IMG/VR virus record: IMGVR_UViG_3300042549_004104
Span: 199,353-263,352 of that record
DNA length: 64,000 bases
Strand: one strand, 5' to 3'
Origin: a virus
Lineage: Duplodnaviria > Heunggongvirae > Uroviricota > Caudoviricetes
Positions 30,811 to 40,613 of the stretch are shown here, piece by piece. How positions within the stretch are numbered: the stretch's first letter is position 1; every line of letters starts with the position of its first letter. The position numbers and the translations under genes are program-made. The notes below the pieces were generated by a model. That model made no database searches, was not told the DNA's origin, and saw only the letters and a program-made list of their open reading frames with translations.

Positions 30811-30839
30811 TTGTATAATACATTGAAATGTGTTATACT
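30811..30839 (+). promoter_or_regulatory. Sigma70-like promoter
   Basis: TTGTAT-17 bp-TATACT just upstream of ATG 30846. Confidence 0.5.
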
Positions 30840-30845
30840 AATTGA

Positions 30846-31352
30846 ATGAAAAACGATATCTTTGGTAGACAAATTCTTAACGAAGATGACCTTTGCCATG
30901 TGTATCTAGTAAATCCCGAACAAAAAATCAAAAATGTAATAGTAGAAAACATTATATATTTTGATCCAGATTTAGAAATATCCAACAAACCCGTTATTCA
31001 ATTGTATAATGAGTTGTCAATAGATTTAGAAAACTTTGACAACACAAATCAATCAACTTGGTTCATGCCAAAAGAATATGTGGATATGGACATTGCCCAG
31101 TATGTTCTTAATTTGTGTGAAACAGATTATGAATTGCAACGGGTGGGTGAGGAGTTAATTAAATTTCAAGAACGTGAAATGTTCCCATTACTTAGATATT
31201 GCAAATATCTAGTGGATACAATGCGTAAACATAATGTAGTTTGGGGTGTTGGGCGTGGATCTAGTGTAGCTAGCTATGTTCTGTTCTTGATAGGTATCCA
31301 TAGAATAAATAGTTTGTTCTATGATTTATCCATAGATGAGTTTTTAAAATAG
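30846..31352 (+). CDS. Stand-alone fragment of DNA polymerase III alpha (DnaE-like)
   Basis: WGVGRGSSVASYVLFLIGIHRINSL resembles DnaE GPGRGSAAGSLVAYALGIT; only 168 aa. Confidence 0.7.
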   Translation: MKNDIFGRQILNEDDLCHVYLVNPEQKIKNVIVENIIYFDPDLEISNKPVIQLYNELSIDLENFDNTNQSTWFMPKEYVDMDIAQYVLNLCETDYELQRVGEELIKFQEREMFPLLRYCKYLVDTMRKHNVVWGVGRGSSVASYVLFLIGIHRINSLFYDLSIDEFLK

Positions 31353-31361
31353 GAGAAAACT

Positions 31362-31658
31362 ATGCCAGCATATAGATCAGCCCAAGGTAAATCTGTTGAT
31401 ATGTCACAATTGATATCAAAAAATGAAAAAGTACGTGCAGTAGGTAATATGAACGTTAATGCACGTGGTGACATTTTAGATAGCCATAACAGAGTTATTA
31501 AAGACAATACTAAACGTGTTAAAAATAATTATCAAAAAACTATTAACACAAAAGCACCTGTAAAATCACCGCAACCAACAAAGACACCTGTAATACAGGA
31601 AGAACTAACTAAAAGTGAAAAGGAATTATTTGATGATGACGAGGATATTATTAAATGA
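31362..31658 (+). CDS. Hypothetical basic protein
   Basis: 98 aa with SD AGGAGA. Confidence 0.7.
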   Translation: MPAYRSAQGKSVDMSQLISKNEKVRAVGNMNVNARGDILDSHNRVIKDNTKRVKNNYQKTINTKAPVKSPQPTKTPVIQEELTKSEKELFDDDEDIIK

Positions 31659-32029
31659 GTAAATTAGCGTTTGAGCCACATAAGTTCAATAAAGACCAAT
31701 TTAAAGCAATTAGTAAACACATCATTGTAGCTGATATGGAATTCAAAGAACGTATCAGTTATGGTGGTATTTATATACCCAACGATGATATGAAAAGCGA
31801 AGGTATTCGTCCACGCTGGGCTAAAGTATATGCTCTAGGTCCAGAGTTTGAAGATGGTGAAATCAAAGTGGGTAAATGGATATGTATCAGCCACGGACGT
31901 TGGACTAGAGGTATTGATGTTGAAGATGAAACGGGTAAACACACGTTGCGTAGAGTTGATGAAAATGATATACTACTCATATCTGACGAACCCGTCAATG
32001 ATTTTACATTAGGTGATAAAGGATTGTAA
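31655..32029 (+). CDS. groES: Co-chaperonin GroES/Cpn10-like protein
   Basis: Mobile-loop-like ERISYGGIYIP, AKVYALGP and DILLI motifs. Confidence 0.75.
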   Translation: MSKLAFEPHKFNKDQFKAISKHIIVADMEFKERISYGGIYIPNDDMKSEGIRPRWAKVYALGPEFEDGEIKVGKWICISHGRWTRGIDVEDETGKHTLRRVDENDILLISDEPVNDFTLGDKGL

Positions 32030-32355
32030 TGAAGTGGTTTGATAAATGGTTTATGAAGAAAGTTCACTGGGCAAATAATACTCATCAACAGTATGATGAA
32101 GGACCCAATCTTGTTATGACTGGTAATAAAAAAGCCCATCAAGGTATTGCAATATCATCACGTGATTCTGGTGAATTAGAAAGTCGTAGCACTTCATTCA
32201 ATTTATATTCTGCTAACGGTGGGCATGTAGTTGAATTGCGTCACTATGACGAAAAATCAGACAGAATAAAAAATTCACTACATATTGTACCACATGAAAA
32301 AGACTTGGGTGAAGCACTAAATCACATTATCACATACGAAGCATTAAAACGATGA
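32029..32355 (+). CDS. Hypothetical protein
   Basis: 108 aa, translationally coupled on both sides. Confidence 0.7.
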   Translation: MKWFDKWFMKKVHWANNTHQQYDEGPNLVMTGNKKAHQGIAISSRDSGELESRSTSFNLYSANGGHVVELRHYDEKSDRIKNSLHIVPHEKDLGEALNHIITYEALKR

Positions 32356-33275
32356 AAAATCAACTTTGGGTAGAAAAGTATAGACCTGACACTGTACAAG
32401 ATTATGTATTTGTGGATCAGTATCAAAAGGATCAAGTGGAAGGCTGGATTCGTAATGAATCAATTCCACATTTATTGTTCAGTGGTGACCCTGGCACAGG
32501 TAAAACAACTCTTGCAAAAGTATTGATACATGAATTGGGTGTAGAAGAATATGATGTATTAGAAATCAATGCAAGTCGTGAAAACTCAGTTGATGTTGTT
32601 AGAAATAAAATTGTCAACTTTGTGCAAACTATGCCGTTTGGTAAGTTTAAAGTCGTCCTATTAGATGAGGCAGATTATCTAACTCCTGCAGGTCAGGCAG
32701 CATTACGTAATGATATGGAAGCATATCATATGACAGCCCGATTTATTTTAACTTGTAATTATCAGCATAGAATTATCCCTGCACTTAAGAGCAGATGCCA
32801 TGAGTTCCATATCACTAAAACAGATAAGACAGAATTTACAGCACGTGTTGCAACAGTATTGGTAACTGAAAACATTGAGTTTGATTTAGACGTATTGGAT
32901 ACTTACGTAGATGCTACATATCCTGATTTGCGTAAGTGTTTAAATCAAGTTCAAGTAAATAGTAGTAATGGTAAATTAATTGCAGGTCAAAACAAAACAA
33001 ATAGTGAAGATGAATTATTAGTACAAGCTACTAGTTTGTTTAAGTCTGGTAAGATATTTGAGGGTAGACAAATACTATTACAATATTTAAGTTTGTATCC
33101 TACACGTATTGAAGATGTATATCGTTGGATGTACAATAATTTAGATTTGTGGGGGAATTCAAATGAAAAACGCGATGCTAGTATAATTGTTATTAGAAAT
33201 GGTTTAGCTAACTTGAGTTTAGTTGGTATTCCAGAAATATCATTGGCAGCAACATTAATTGAATTAACAGGATAA
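32352..33275 (+). CDS. gp44: Clamp loader AAA+ subunit (T4 gp44/RFC-like)
   Basis: LWVEKYRP, Walker A GDPGTGKTT, NAS, Walker B LLDEAD and SRC motifs. Confidence 0.9.
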   Translation: MKNQLWVEKYRPDTVQDYVFVDQYQKDQVEGWIRNESIPHLLFSGDPGTGKTTLAKVLIHELGVEEYDVLEINASRENSVDVVRNKIVNFVQTMPFGKFKVVLLDEADYLTPAGQAALRNDMEAYHMTARFILTCNYQHRIIPALKSRCHEFHITKTDKTEFTARVATVLVTENIEFDLDVLDTYVDATYPDLRKCLNQVQVNSSNGKLIAGQNKTNSEDELLVQATSLFKSGKIFEGRQILLQYLSLYPTRIEDVYRWMYNNLDLWGNSNEKRDASIIVIRNGLANLSLVGIPEISLAATLIELTG

Positions 33276-33279
33276 AATT

Positions 33280-33534
33280 ATGAGATATTTATTGATTACA
33301 TACGTTAAAAAACCAAATGGTCAAATTGATGAGCAGGTTGAAGTTACAAGAAATTTGAAGCCAAAAGACCTTCAAGTTTGTAATGTCATACTAGATTTTA
33401 AAGATTTAAAAATTGAAAAATGTGTCATCGAAGGACAAACTATAAGTAAAGACTGGGAACAATTAAGTGGATACTATAAACAAGTATACCCAGCAATTAT
33501 AGAACGATTAGAAAAAGAAGTTTCTCAAGGCTAA
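33280..33534 (+). CDS. Hypothetical protein
   Basis: 84 aa ORF. Confidence 0.65.
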   Translation: MRYLLITYVKKPNGQIDEQVEVTRNLKPKDLQVCNVILDFKDLKIEKCVIEGQTISKDWEQLSGYYKQVYPAIIERLEKEVSQG

Positions 33535-33558
33535 AAGAGGGGCATTGCCCCTCTTTTT
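33533..33558. terminator. Bidirectional intrinsic terminator
   Basis: AAAAGAGGGGCA-t-TGCCCCTCTTTT between convergent genes. Confidence 0.85.
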
Positions 33559-34342
33559 ATTTGCCGTATAAGTTTAATACATGCTCAATAATTTTGTGTC
33601 GTTGAACATCTTTTAGTTCAAAGTTACACAATTGCAACCCTGGAATCACCCCCTTCCTCAATCGATTTTGTAAGTCTAGTAGCCCATTGTCGGCTGTTTT
33701 TCTATCGGCTTGTTCAATGTCGCCAGTAATTACAATCTTACTGCCGATACCGATTCTAGTCATAATCATTTTGAGTTGACCAGGTGTTGCATTTTGAGCT
33801 TCATCTAATACGATATAACTGTGTTTAAAATTTCGACCTCGACAAAATGCTAGGGGTGCGATTTCCACTATCTGTTCTTCTAGCATGTGGGCGATTTCCT
33901 TTACCGTATAATACTCACGTAAAACATCAAGCAATGGTCTTGTCCACGGTTCCATTTTCTCATTGAGTGTCCCCGGTAAGAATCCATGCTTTTCATCGTC
34001 AACACCGACTGCTGGTCTAGTCAAAATAATACGGTCAACCGTTCTCTCCTTCAGTGCTTTGATAGCAGCCTGCATTGCTAAGTAAGTTTTACCCGTACCT
34101 GCAGGGCCACTTACTACAACTATGTCAGTTTCTGGATCGGTTAGTGCTAGGATGTATTTTTCTTGATTGACAGACTTGGGTACTAAATTAATTGGTTTAG
34201 TGTTCGATTTAGTACGTGTTTGGTCAAAGTTGATTGTTTTATTTTCCTTTACGTAGAATGTGTGTGTATCATGTTTTTTGCTGTGTGCGTACCTTGTGTC
34301 TTGTTCTTGATTGCGTAATGCGCCTGTTTTTCGCTTGCTCAA
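33557..34342 (-). CDS. phoH: PhoH family ATPase
   Basis: GPAGTGKTYLA, RPAV, GFLPGTL, RGRNF, DEAQN and GDIEQ motifs; TTG start after SD AGGAGA. Confidence 0.93.
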   Translation of the reverse strand: MSKRKTGALRNQEQDTRYAHSKKHDTHTFYVKENKTINFDQTRTKSNTKPINLVPKSVNQEKYILALTDPETDIVVVSGPAGTGKTYLAMQAAIKALKERTVDRIILTRPAVGVDDEKHGFLPGTLNEKMEPWTRPLLDVLREYYTVKEIAHMLEEQIVEIAPLAFCRGRNFKHSYIVLDEAQNATPGQLKMIMTRIGIGSKIVITGDIEQADRKTADNGLLDLQNRLRKGVIPGLQLCNFELKDVQRHKIIEHVLNLYGK

Positions 34343-34510
34343 AGTATTCTCCTTTTGTCGAGCCGAGTTCTCATAAAACTCAAGTTTATTTAAAGGCTAC
34401 TTAGGGAGTTATACTGTGATATTCTTAAACTAAAATTAAGAGATAAATATAAGGCTAAGGTCAGAATTTGTAAATCCTACCGCAAAAGTTATAATAAGAT
34501 AAATATATAC

Positions 34511-35143
34511 ATGAGTAAAAACCCTTCAGACGAATTTTTTGACAATATTGACTTTCCTAGCATTATTGAAACTATTAAAGGTATATTCACCAGCGACGGC
34601 ACCATGAATACTTTATTAGATTTTGAACGTGTTTTGGACGAAAGTGATTTATATGCATATAAAAACTGGGAATTGGGTGAGTTAGTAGCAGGACCTGACG
34701 TTGAAAGATACCAAGTTAGTTGCATGTTTATGTTCCCTGCAAAACTAATGCCTGATCCTAGAGGAGCAAAAAGATTGCTTTCTACTGGTTGTAGCCTTAA
34801 GTTTAAGAAAACAAAAATTAAGGTTCCGGTAGAAATAAAAGATCCTGGTGACTATAAGCCAGGGACACATTTTCCTAAAATGATAGACCGTGAAGTATGG
34901 TTAGTTCGCATTACTATGCCTAAAGAACTTATGAATGATATCCGTGAAGGATCAATTGACTTAGCAGGTCAAACTATTAACTTAGAAGAATTAGACACTG
35001 CATATGATGACGATTTAGACAAAGAAGGTACTGAGGATGAAAACGAAAATCAAGGTCAAGAAGCAGGTGCAGATTTAGGAATGGGTGGCCTGGGTGCAGC
35101 TCCAATGCCCGCAGGTCAAATACCATTAGGTGGAGGAATGTAA
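34511..35143 (+). CDS. Hypothetical protein
   Basis: 210 aa; ATAAATA 34499-34505, 5 nt before the ATG. Confidence 0.75.
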   Translation: MSKNPSDEFFDNIDFPSIIETIKGIFTSDGTMNTLLDFERVLDESDLYAYKNWELGELVAGPDVERYQVSCMFMFPAKLMPDPRGAKRLLSTGCSLKFKKTKIKVPVEIKDPGDYKPGTHFPKMIDREVWLVRITMPKELMNDIREGSIDLAGQTINLEELDTAYDDDLDKEGTEDENENQGQEAGADLGMGGLGAAPMPAGQIPLGGGM

Positions 35144-35682
35144 TGAAAAACATTCTTAATGAAGGGTTTGATTATCACGATTTAATAAATCAATTAATAC
35201 CCGAAATCAAAGTTGACGAATATAGTGCTAAGATGGGCAGTGATGATGAGATTGTTACAATCAGTTTTACAGTCAAAGGTCGTCAAGTAGGGGAAGATTT
35301 AGTAGATTGGTTTGAGCGTGGGTATGATTATATATTGGATGCTCAAGTTAGTGATGGTGAAATTACTTCTGGAAAATATTTAGTGTTTGTAGAAATGAAC
35401 CGTAGAAGTTCTGTACCAGAAAGAATTTGTGAACTAATTGAAGATATGGTAACATTAACTGATTTACCATTAAAAGAATGGACTATTATCGTAAACGATG
35501 AAAAATATGATGCTGACATTGAACAATTAAAATCAGTTATTATTTTAAGTCCACATCAATATCGTTTAGAGAATGAAGAAGATTTAAATGAAATGCGTAA
35601 CTTGTCTGGTTTAGAGAAAAAGAAAATATTTGGTGAACCAGATACAGAATTAAAAAATTATTTAGCAAAGGCAGGTTTATAA
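35143..35682 (+). CDS. Hypothetical protein (MKNILNEG start)
   Basis: 179 aa, TAATG-coupled. Confidence 0.75.
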   Translation: MKNILNEGFDYHDLINQLIPEIKVDEYSAKMGSDDEIVTISFTVKGRQVGEDLVDWFERGYDYILDAQVSDGEITSGKYLVFVEMNRRSSVPERICELIEDMVTLTDLPLKEWTIIVNDEKYDADIEQLKSVIILSPHQYRLENEEDLNEMRNLSGLEKKKIFGEPDTELKNYLAKAGL

Positions 35683-35683
35683 T

Positions 35684-36004
35684 ATGGCAGATGAATCAGC
35701 AAAAGGAATGTTTATAGAGAAATTATTATTTGCTCTATTACCATTAATAATAGCAGGAGTTGGTTATTTACTAAGTGCAGTGGGAACATTGGCGCATCAA
35801 GTAACTGTATTAGAAAGTAAAATGAGTCTAGTAGTAACCAGTGATAACAAGCAGGCATCAAATACTGGTGCAGAACTTGCCCGTGAAAAATTACGTCAAG
35901 ACTTAACAGAAGCAGTTCAACGTAACCGTGATAGTATTCAGGCAAATAAAGAACAGATTTCTGTACATGAAGAACGCATCAAACGCTTAGAAAAAGGAAA
36001 ATAA
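35684..36004 (+). CDS. Membrane-anchored coiled-coil protein (possible lysis accessory)
   Basis: N-terminal hydrophobic helix, then coiled coil; adjacent to a holin-like gene. Confidence 0.45.
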   Translation: MADESAKGMFIEKLLFALLPLIIAGVGYLLSAVGTLAHQVTVLESKMSLVVTSDNKQASNTGAELAREKLRQDLTEAVQRNRDSIQANKEQISVHEERIKRLEKGK

Positions 36005-36005
36005 C

Positions 36006-36593
36006 ATGGCAACATTATTAGCAAAAAAAGCAGATGGAAGTAAACCATTAGCTAAAACAGACGATCACCATGACGCACTAGCAGCCGATCCTAACATATC
36101 AGCTTTCCCAGCAGATAGCAGTTTTGGTAGTGTACCGGTAGCACCTAATCCTGGATTAGGTAGTTTTGGAAATGTAAGTCCTGGCACACAGGGTTCATCT
36201 ATAATGACACCACCGAGTAATCAAGGGAGTTCTAACGTGGCAAGTACAGTAACAGTAACACAAAATCAAGCAGAGTCACTAAAGAGTGGTGGCGGCGCAA
36301 TGAGCGAAGGTGGGGAATCTACCGTAGCATTAGACAAAGATGCAACAGATTGGATCAACAAGAAAATGCGCCCAATGATGGGTTGGATTTATATGTTGAC
36401 CTGTACATGTGACTTTGTTATTTTCCCAGTATTATGGTCTGTACTACAGGCTATGAGTCATGGATCAGTTACAAGCCAGTGGCAACCATTAACATTACAA
36501 GGTGCTGGTCTTTACCACATCGCAATGGGTGCAGTTCTAGGTATCGCCGCATATGGTCGTACAAAAGAAAAGGTTGCCGGCGTAGCTTCATAA
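36006..36593 (+). CDS. Holin-like membrane protein with disordered N-terminal extension
   Basis: MRPMMGWIY...DFVIFPVLW and WQPLTLQGAGLYHIAMGAVLG segments resemble 3TM (GTA-type) holins. Confidence 0.55.
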   Translation: MATLLAKKADGSKPLAKTDDHHDALAADPNISAFPADSSFGSVPVAPNPGLGSFGNVSPGTQGSSIMTPPSNQGSSNVASTVTVTQNQAESLKSGGGAMSEGGESTVALDKDATDWINKKMRPMMGWIYMLTCTCDFVIFPVLWSVLQAMSHGSVTSQWQPLTLQGAGLYHIAMGAVLGIAAYGRTKEKVAGVAS

Positions 36594-36596
36594 ATA

Positions 36597-36626
36597 TTGA
36601 CAATCGCACACTAACTGTGCTATAAT
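36597..36626 (+). promoter_or_regulatory. Sigma70 promoter for dnaJ-clpA, preceded by a late-type box
   Basis: TTGACA-18 bp-TATAAT; ATAAATA at 36590-36596 abuts the -35; GCACA/TGTGC inverted repeat in the spacer. Confidence 0.75.
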
Positions 36627-36632
36627 CAATCT

Positions 36633-37436
36633 ATGGATCATTACAAAACCCTGGGGGTAGCTAAAAACGCTACCCCCGATGATATTAAAAAAGCATATAG
36701 AAGATTGGCAGCAATACATCATCCTGATAAGGGTGGTGATACTGCTGAGTTCCAAAAAGTTCAACTAGCTTATGAAACACTAAGCGATTCACAAAAGAAA
36801 CAAGAATACGATAATCCAAACCCGTTCGGGCAGGGTATGCCAGGTGGAGGATTTCCCGGTGGATTTAGTTTTCATATGAATGGAGTGAATATCAATGATA
36901 TTTTTGGAACGATGTTTGGAGATGGATTTGCTAGGGGAGGAGCATTTAAGCCTCAACCACCTAGTTACCGTACTGTCGTTAATCTTACATTAGAACAAGT
37001 TTATAATGGTGGAGAACAAGTACTTCAATTTAATGACCACACTGGACCCAAAGTCATAAAGATAGAAATACCCAAAGGTGTAGAGAATGGACAATCTATG
37101 AGATATGATAATCTTATTAAAGATAGTATTTTATTGGTTGAGTTTAGAGTTCATGCACATCAAAATTTTGAACGTCAAGGTCCTCATCTTTATTCCGTAC
37201 ACGAAATAAATGTGTTGGATTTAATTGTGGGTTCATCATTTACATTCAAAACTATTTCAGGTAAAACAGTTGATGTTACAGTGCCGCCCAAATCTCAACC
37301 CGGATCTAAACTTAGACTAATTAAGTCTGGATTACCGATTAATAATGATTTTGGTGACCAATATATATTACTAAAACCATTTATTCCTGATATAATAGAT
37401 GAACGCATACTTAATGCAATAAGTAACCATAAATAA
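36633..37436 (+). CDS. dnaJ: DnaJ/CbpA-type co-chaperone (no zinc finger)
   Basis: J-domain with HPD, G/F-rich linker, DnaJ C-terminal domain. Confidence 0.9.
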   Translation: MDHYKTLGVAKNATPDDIKKAYRRLAAIHHPDKGGDTAEFQKVQLAYETLSDSQKKQEYDNPNPFGQGMPGGGFPGGFSFHMNGVNINDIFGTMFGDGFARGGAFKPQPPSYRTVVNLTLEQVYNGGEQVLQFNDHTGPKVIKIEIPKGVENGQSMRYDNLIKDSILLVEFRVHAHQNFERQGPHLYSVHEINVLDLIVGSSFTFKTISGKTVDVTVPPKSQPGSKLRLIKSGLPINNDFGDQYILLKPFIPDIIDERILNAISNHK

Positions 37437-37454
37437 TTTTGAAAGAAAAATATA

Positions 37455-39734
37455 ATGAATACACCTGAAATTGAAGCAATCATTGAAAAGGCTGTTTCAT
37501 TGGCTAAGGAACGTAGCCATGAATACTGTACGATTGAGCACTTATTGTTGTCACTGGTTACACATCAACCTTTTAAGAACACACTTGATAATTTTGGTGT
37601 AGACACCGAGACAATGATTAAAGAACTGACTACGTATGTGACTAATTTACGTGCGATACAAATTGAACCTGACGGTGACGAAATCCAACCAAGAAAAACA
37701 AATGCATTAGAACGTGTTATGAACCGTAGCATTACTCAAGTTTTATTTACAGGACGTAAGAATGTTACAACCATTGATTTATACATAAGCATAGCACATG
37801 AATCTAACAGCCATGCACATTACTTTTTAATGAAATATGGAATTAATAAAAACGAATTTGTTCCGTTCTGGCAAAAACATTATAAAAATACCGAAACTAC
37901 ATCTAAACTTTCTGATAGCCAAGCAAATGAAATTTTAGAAGAATATACAATAAATCTCACTAACTTAGCTAAAGATAATAAACTAGAACCTTTAATTGGA
38001 CGTAGCAATGAAATACATGATATTTTAAACGTTCTTGCAAAAAAGTTTAAATCAAATGTATTGTTGGTAGGAGATCCAGGTGTAGGTAAAACTGCTATAG
38101 CTGAAGGTTTAGCGCAAGCAATCAATGATAAAATTGTACCAGAATTTTTATTAGGGCACGAAGTATATTCCATTGAAGTTGGTAATTTGCTTGCAGGTAG
38201 TAAATATCGTGGAGATTTTGAAGAAAAGATTAAGGCAATACTAGAAGCACTTATTACCAAAAAGAAAGCAATATTATTCATTGATGAAGCACATACAATG
38301 AAGGGTTCGGGTAATGCTACTGGTGGCAGTGTTGATTTTGCTAATATGATTAAACCGGCTATCACCAAAGGCAACTTGAAAGTGATTGCGTCAACTACTT
38401 GGGAAGAGTACTACGAATCATTCGAAAAGGATCGTGCGTTAATGCGTAGGTTCTATCGTGTTTCAATTGATGAACCCAACAAAGAAGATACAATTAAGAT
38501 TTTACGTGGTTTGACTCCTAGACTCAATGAGTTCCACGATATCAATATTACTGATGAAGCAATTGAAGCCGCGGTTGAATGCGCTACTCGCTATATTCAC
38601 GACCGAAAGAATCCTGACAAATCAATTGATTTGCTAGATGCAACTTGTGCGAAACAGAAAGTCATGGGTTATAGTAATATTGACATTACTAAAGAATTGG
38701 TTCACAAGCAAGTTGAAAAGATGGCAAATGTTCCGGCTGATAAACTGAACAATGATAATTTTGAACGAGTTAATGCACTAGAAACTAACATCAAAGATAA
38801 ACTGTATGGTCAAGAGGAAACAGTTGATAAAGTACTTGAACGAGTTTATGTGAGTTTTGCGGGCATTGGTAATGAAAAGAAACCACTAGCAAGTTTCTTG
38901 TTCTTAGGCCCAACTGGCACAGGTAAAACAGAGTTGGCACGATTACTTGCTAAGAATCTTGATATGAATCTAATCAAGTACGATATGAGTGAATACAGTG
39001 AGAAGTTTAATGTATCAGCGTTGTTAGGTGCGCCTCCGGGATATGTAGGTTTTGGTGATAGCAGCCTTGGTGGTGGCAAACTTATAAATGACTTGAGCAA
39101 GAATCCTCATTCAATATTGTTGTTTGATGAAGTTGAAAAGGCTCACCCAGATATCTTTAACATTTTCTTGCAATTACTTGATGATGGTAAAGTAACCGGT
39201 ACAAATGGTAAAGAAGTTAATGCTAAAAATTGTATCATTATCATGACCAGTAACTTGGGTAGTGCTGATAGTGAGAAATCAATGATTGGTTTTGGTTCAC
39301 AAGAAAAATTAGGTGAGGATGACAAAGCACTAAAAGAATTCTTCAAGCCTGAATTCAGAAATCGTATTGACCTGATTTCCAAGTTCAATAAATTAGATAT
39401 GTTGGCAATCAAAAAAATCGTAATTAAATTTACTGATGACTTGAAGAAATCTCTTAGAGATACACATGAAATTGTTCTTAACTTAAGTGAATCAGTTGTT
39501 GAATATCTTGCTGAAAAGGGATATGACAATAAAATGGGTGCAAGACCATTATCACGTAAGATTGACGAATTGATTCGTGTACCATTGAGTAAGAAGATTC
39601 TATTTGAACGTATCAAAAATAGTATCGTTAATGTAGATGTTCAAAATGATGAAATTGTATTTGACGTACAAAAGAAATTAACAGCAGAAGTAGGCGAAGA
39701 TGGCATTATTAAAATTACCACAGAAACGGAATGA
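37455..39734 (+). CDS. clpA: ClpA-like AAA+ unfoldase
   Basis: Clp N-domain (EHLLL); Walker A GDPGVGKT and GPTGTGKT; IGF loop at 39285-39293; GARPL. Confidence 0.9.
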   Translation: MNTPEIEAIIEKAVSLAKERSHEYCTIEHLLLSLVTHQPFKNTLDNFGVDTETMIKELTTYVTNLRAIQIEPDGDEIQPRKTNALERVMNRSITQVLFTGRKNVTTIDLYISIAHESNSHAHYFLMKYGINKNEFVPFWQKHYKNTETTSKLSDSQANEILEEYTINLTNLAKDNKLEPLIGRSNEIHDILNVLAKKFKSNVLLVGDPGVGKTAIAEGLAQAINDKIVPEFLLGHEVYSIEVGNLLAGSKYRGDFEEKIKAILEALITKKKAILFIDEAHTMKGSGNATGGSVDFANMIKPAITKGNLKVIASTTWEEYYESFEKDRALMRRFYRVSIDEPNKEDTIKILRGLTPRLNEFHDINITDEAIEAAVECATRYIHDRKNPDKSIDLLDATCAKQKVMGYSNIDITKELVHKQVEKMANVPADKLNNDNFERVNALETNIKDKLYGQEETVDKVLERVYVSFAGIGNEKKPLASFLFLGPTGTGKTELARLLAKNLDMNLIKYDMSEYSEKFNVSALLGAPPGYVGFGDSSLGGGKLINDLSKNPHSILLFDEVEKAHPDIFNIFLQLLDDGKVTGTNGKEVNAKNCIIIMTSNLGSADSEKSMIGFGSQEKLGEDDKALKEFFKPEFRNRIDLISKFNKLDMLAIKKIVIKFTDDLKKSLRDTHEIVLNLSESVVEYLAEKGYDNKMGARPLSRKIDELIRVPLSKKILFERIKNSIVNVDVQNDEIVFDVQKKLTAEVGEDGIIKITTETE

Positions 39735-40413
39735 CGGCGTAGAATATATTGACCATAGGTCATTATATTATAACAAATACAGATATCGTGCAAGATTATA
39801 TTGTACCGGTATATATTTAGCAATGTGGAATTTATCTTTAGACGATATCGAAAAAAAAGTCAAAAGTAATAAACATAGGCTAAAAGATGCTAGTGCTTAT
39901 AAAATTAAAAATTTTATAGATTGGAAAAATACTCAACCAAAGGGCAATAATAAAATTAATACAGTGCGTATTGAAGGCAATATAGCAAGTATTTTTTCTA
40001 ATGATTTGAACAGTTTCAAAAGTTTAGAAAATTTAGAATGTCCTATTGATTATACTGAAATAGGGGATAATATTCCGATAGGTACTAAGTATTTTGTCAA
40101 GGAACCTAAATACAAATATCGTTTTTATTTAAAAAGTAAACGTGTCCATGAAGATTTTCGTACTAGATTAGCTTTGCTTTTTGACCGATATAAAGATACA
40201 GAAACTAAGATTTTTGCAAGTCCATCGCTAAAACAATGGTTGGAAATTGACACCAGCTTTAATAGTTGGAGTTTTTGGAAGCATAATTATTGCAGTAGCC
40301 ATTTCTTTATCGACTATAATGATGAGAGCTTTATCACACTTTTTGCATTAAGTTTTGACCAAAACATGATTAGTGCAAAATATAAGCTAGAAAAGCGCCC
40401 AGAGCAAATCTAA
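39700..40413 (+). CDS. Hypothetical protein with internal duplication (Y.Y.YR..L twice)
   Basis: 237 aa; start uncertain because it overlaps the clpA end. Confidence 0.65.
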   Translation: MALLKLPQKRNDGVEYIDHRSLYYNKYRYRARLYCTGIYLAMWNLSLDDIEKKVKSNKHRLKDASAYKIKNFIDWKNTQPKGNNKINTVRIEGNIASIFSNDLNSFKSLENLECPIDYTEIGDNIPIGTKYFVKEPKYKYRFYLKSKRVHEDFRTRLALLFDRYKDTETKIFASPSLKQWLEIDTSFNSWSFWKHNYCSSHFFIDYNDESFITLFALSFDQNMISAKYKLEKRPEQI

Positions 40414-40445
40414 AATGATAAATACTCTATAATGGAGTATTTACC

Positions 40446-40613
40446 ATGGCAAAGATTGTCACCGAAAACGTAGTCATCACTTTTAGTAAAATTGTTAAGG
40501 ACAATGATCCAGACACATCTGGAATCGCTAGTTCTGACATTCAAACAGCATTAGAACAAGTCGCCCAAGAATTAGTCGGTGACAGTGTAGTTGTTGAGGT
40601 TGTAAAAGCATAA
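40446..40613 (+). CDS. Small hypothetical protein (55 aa, not in the ORF track)
   Basis: ATAAATA 40418-40424, SD GGAG, MAKIVTENVV...EVVKA, TAATG coupling to the next gene. Confidence 0.7.
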   Translation: MAKIVTENVVITFSKIVKDNDPDTSGIASSDIQTALEQVAQELVGDSVVVEVVKA

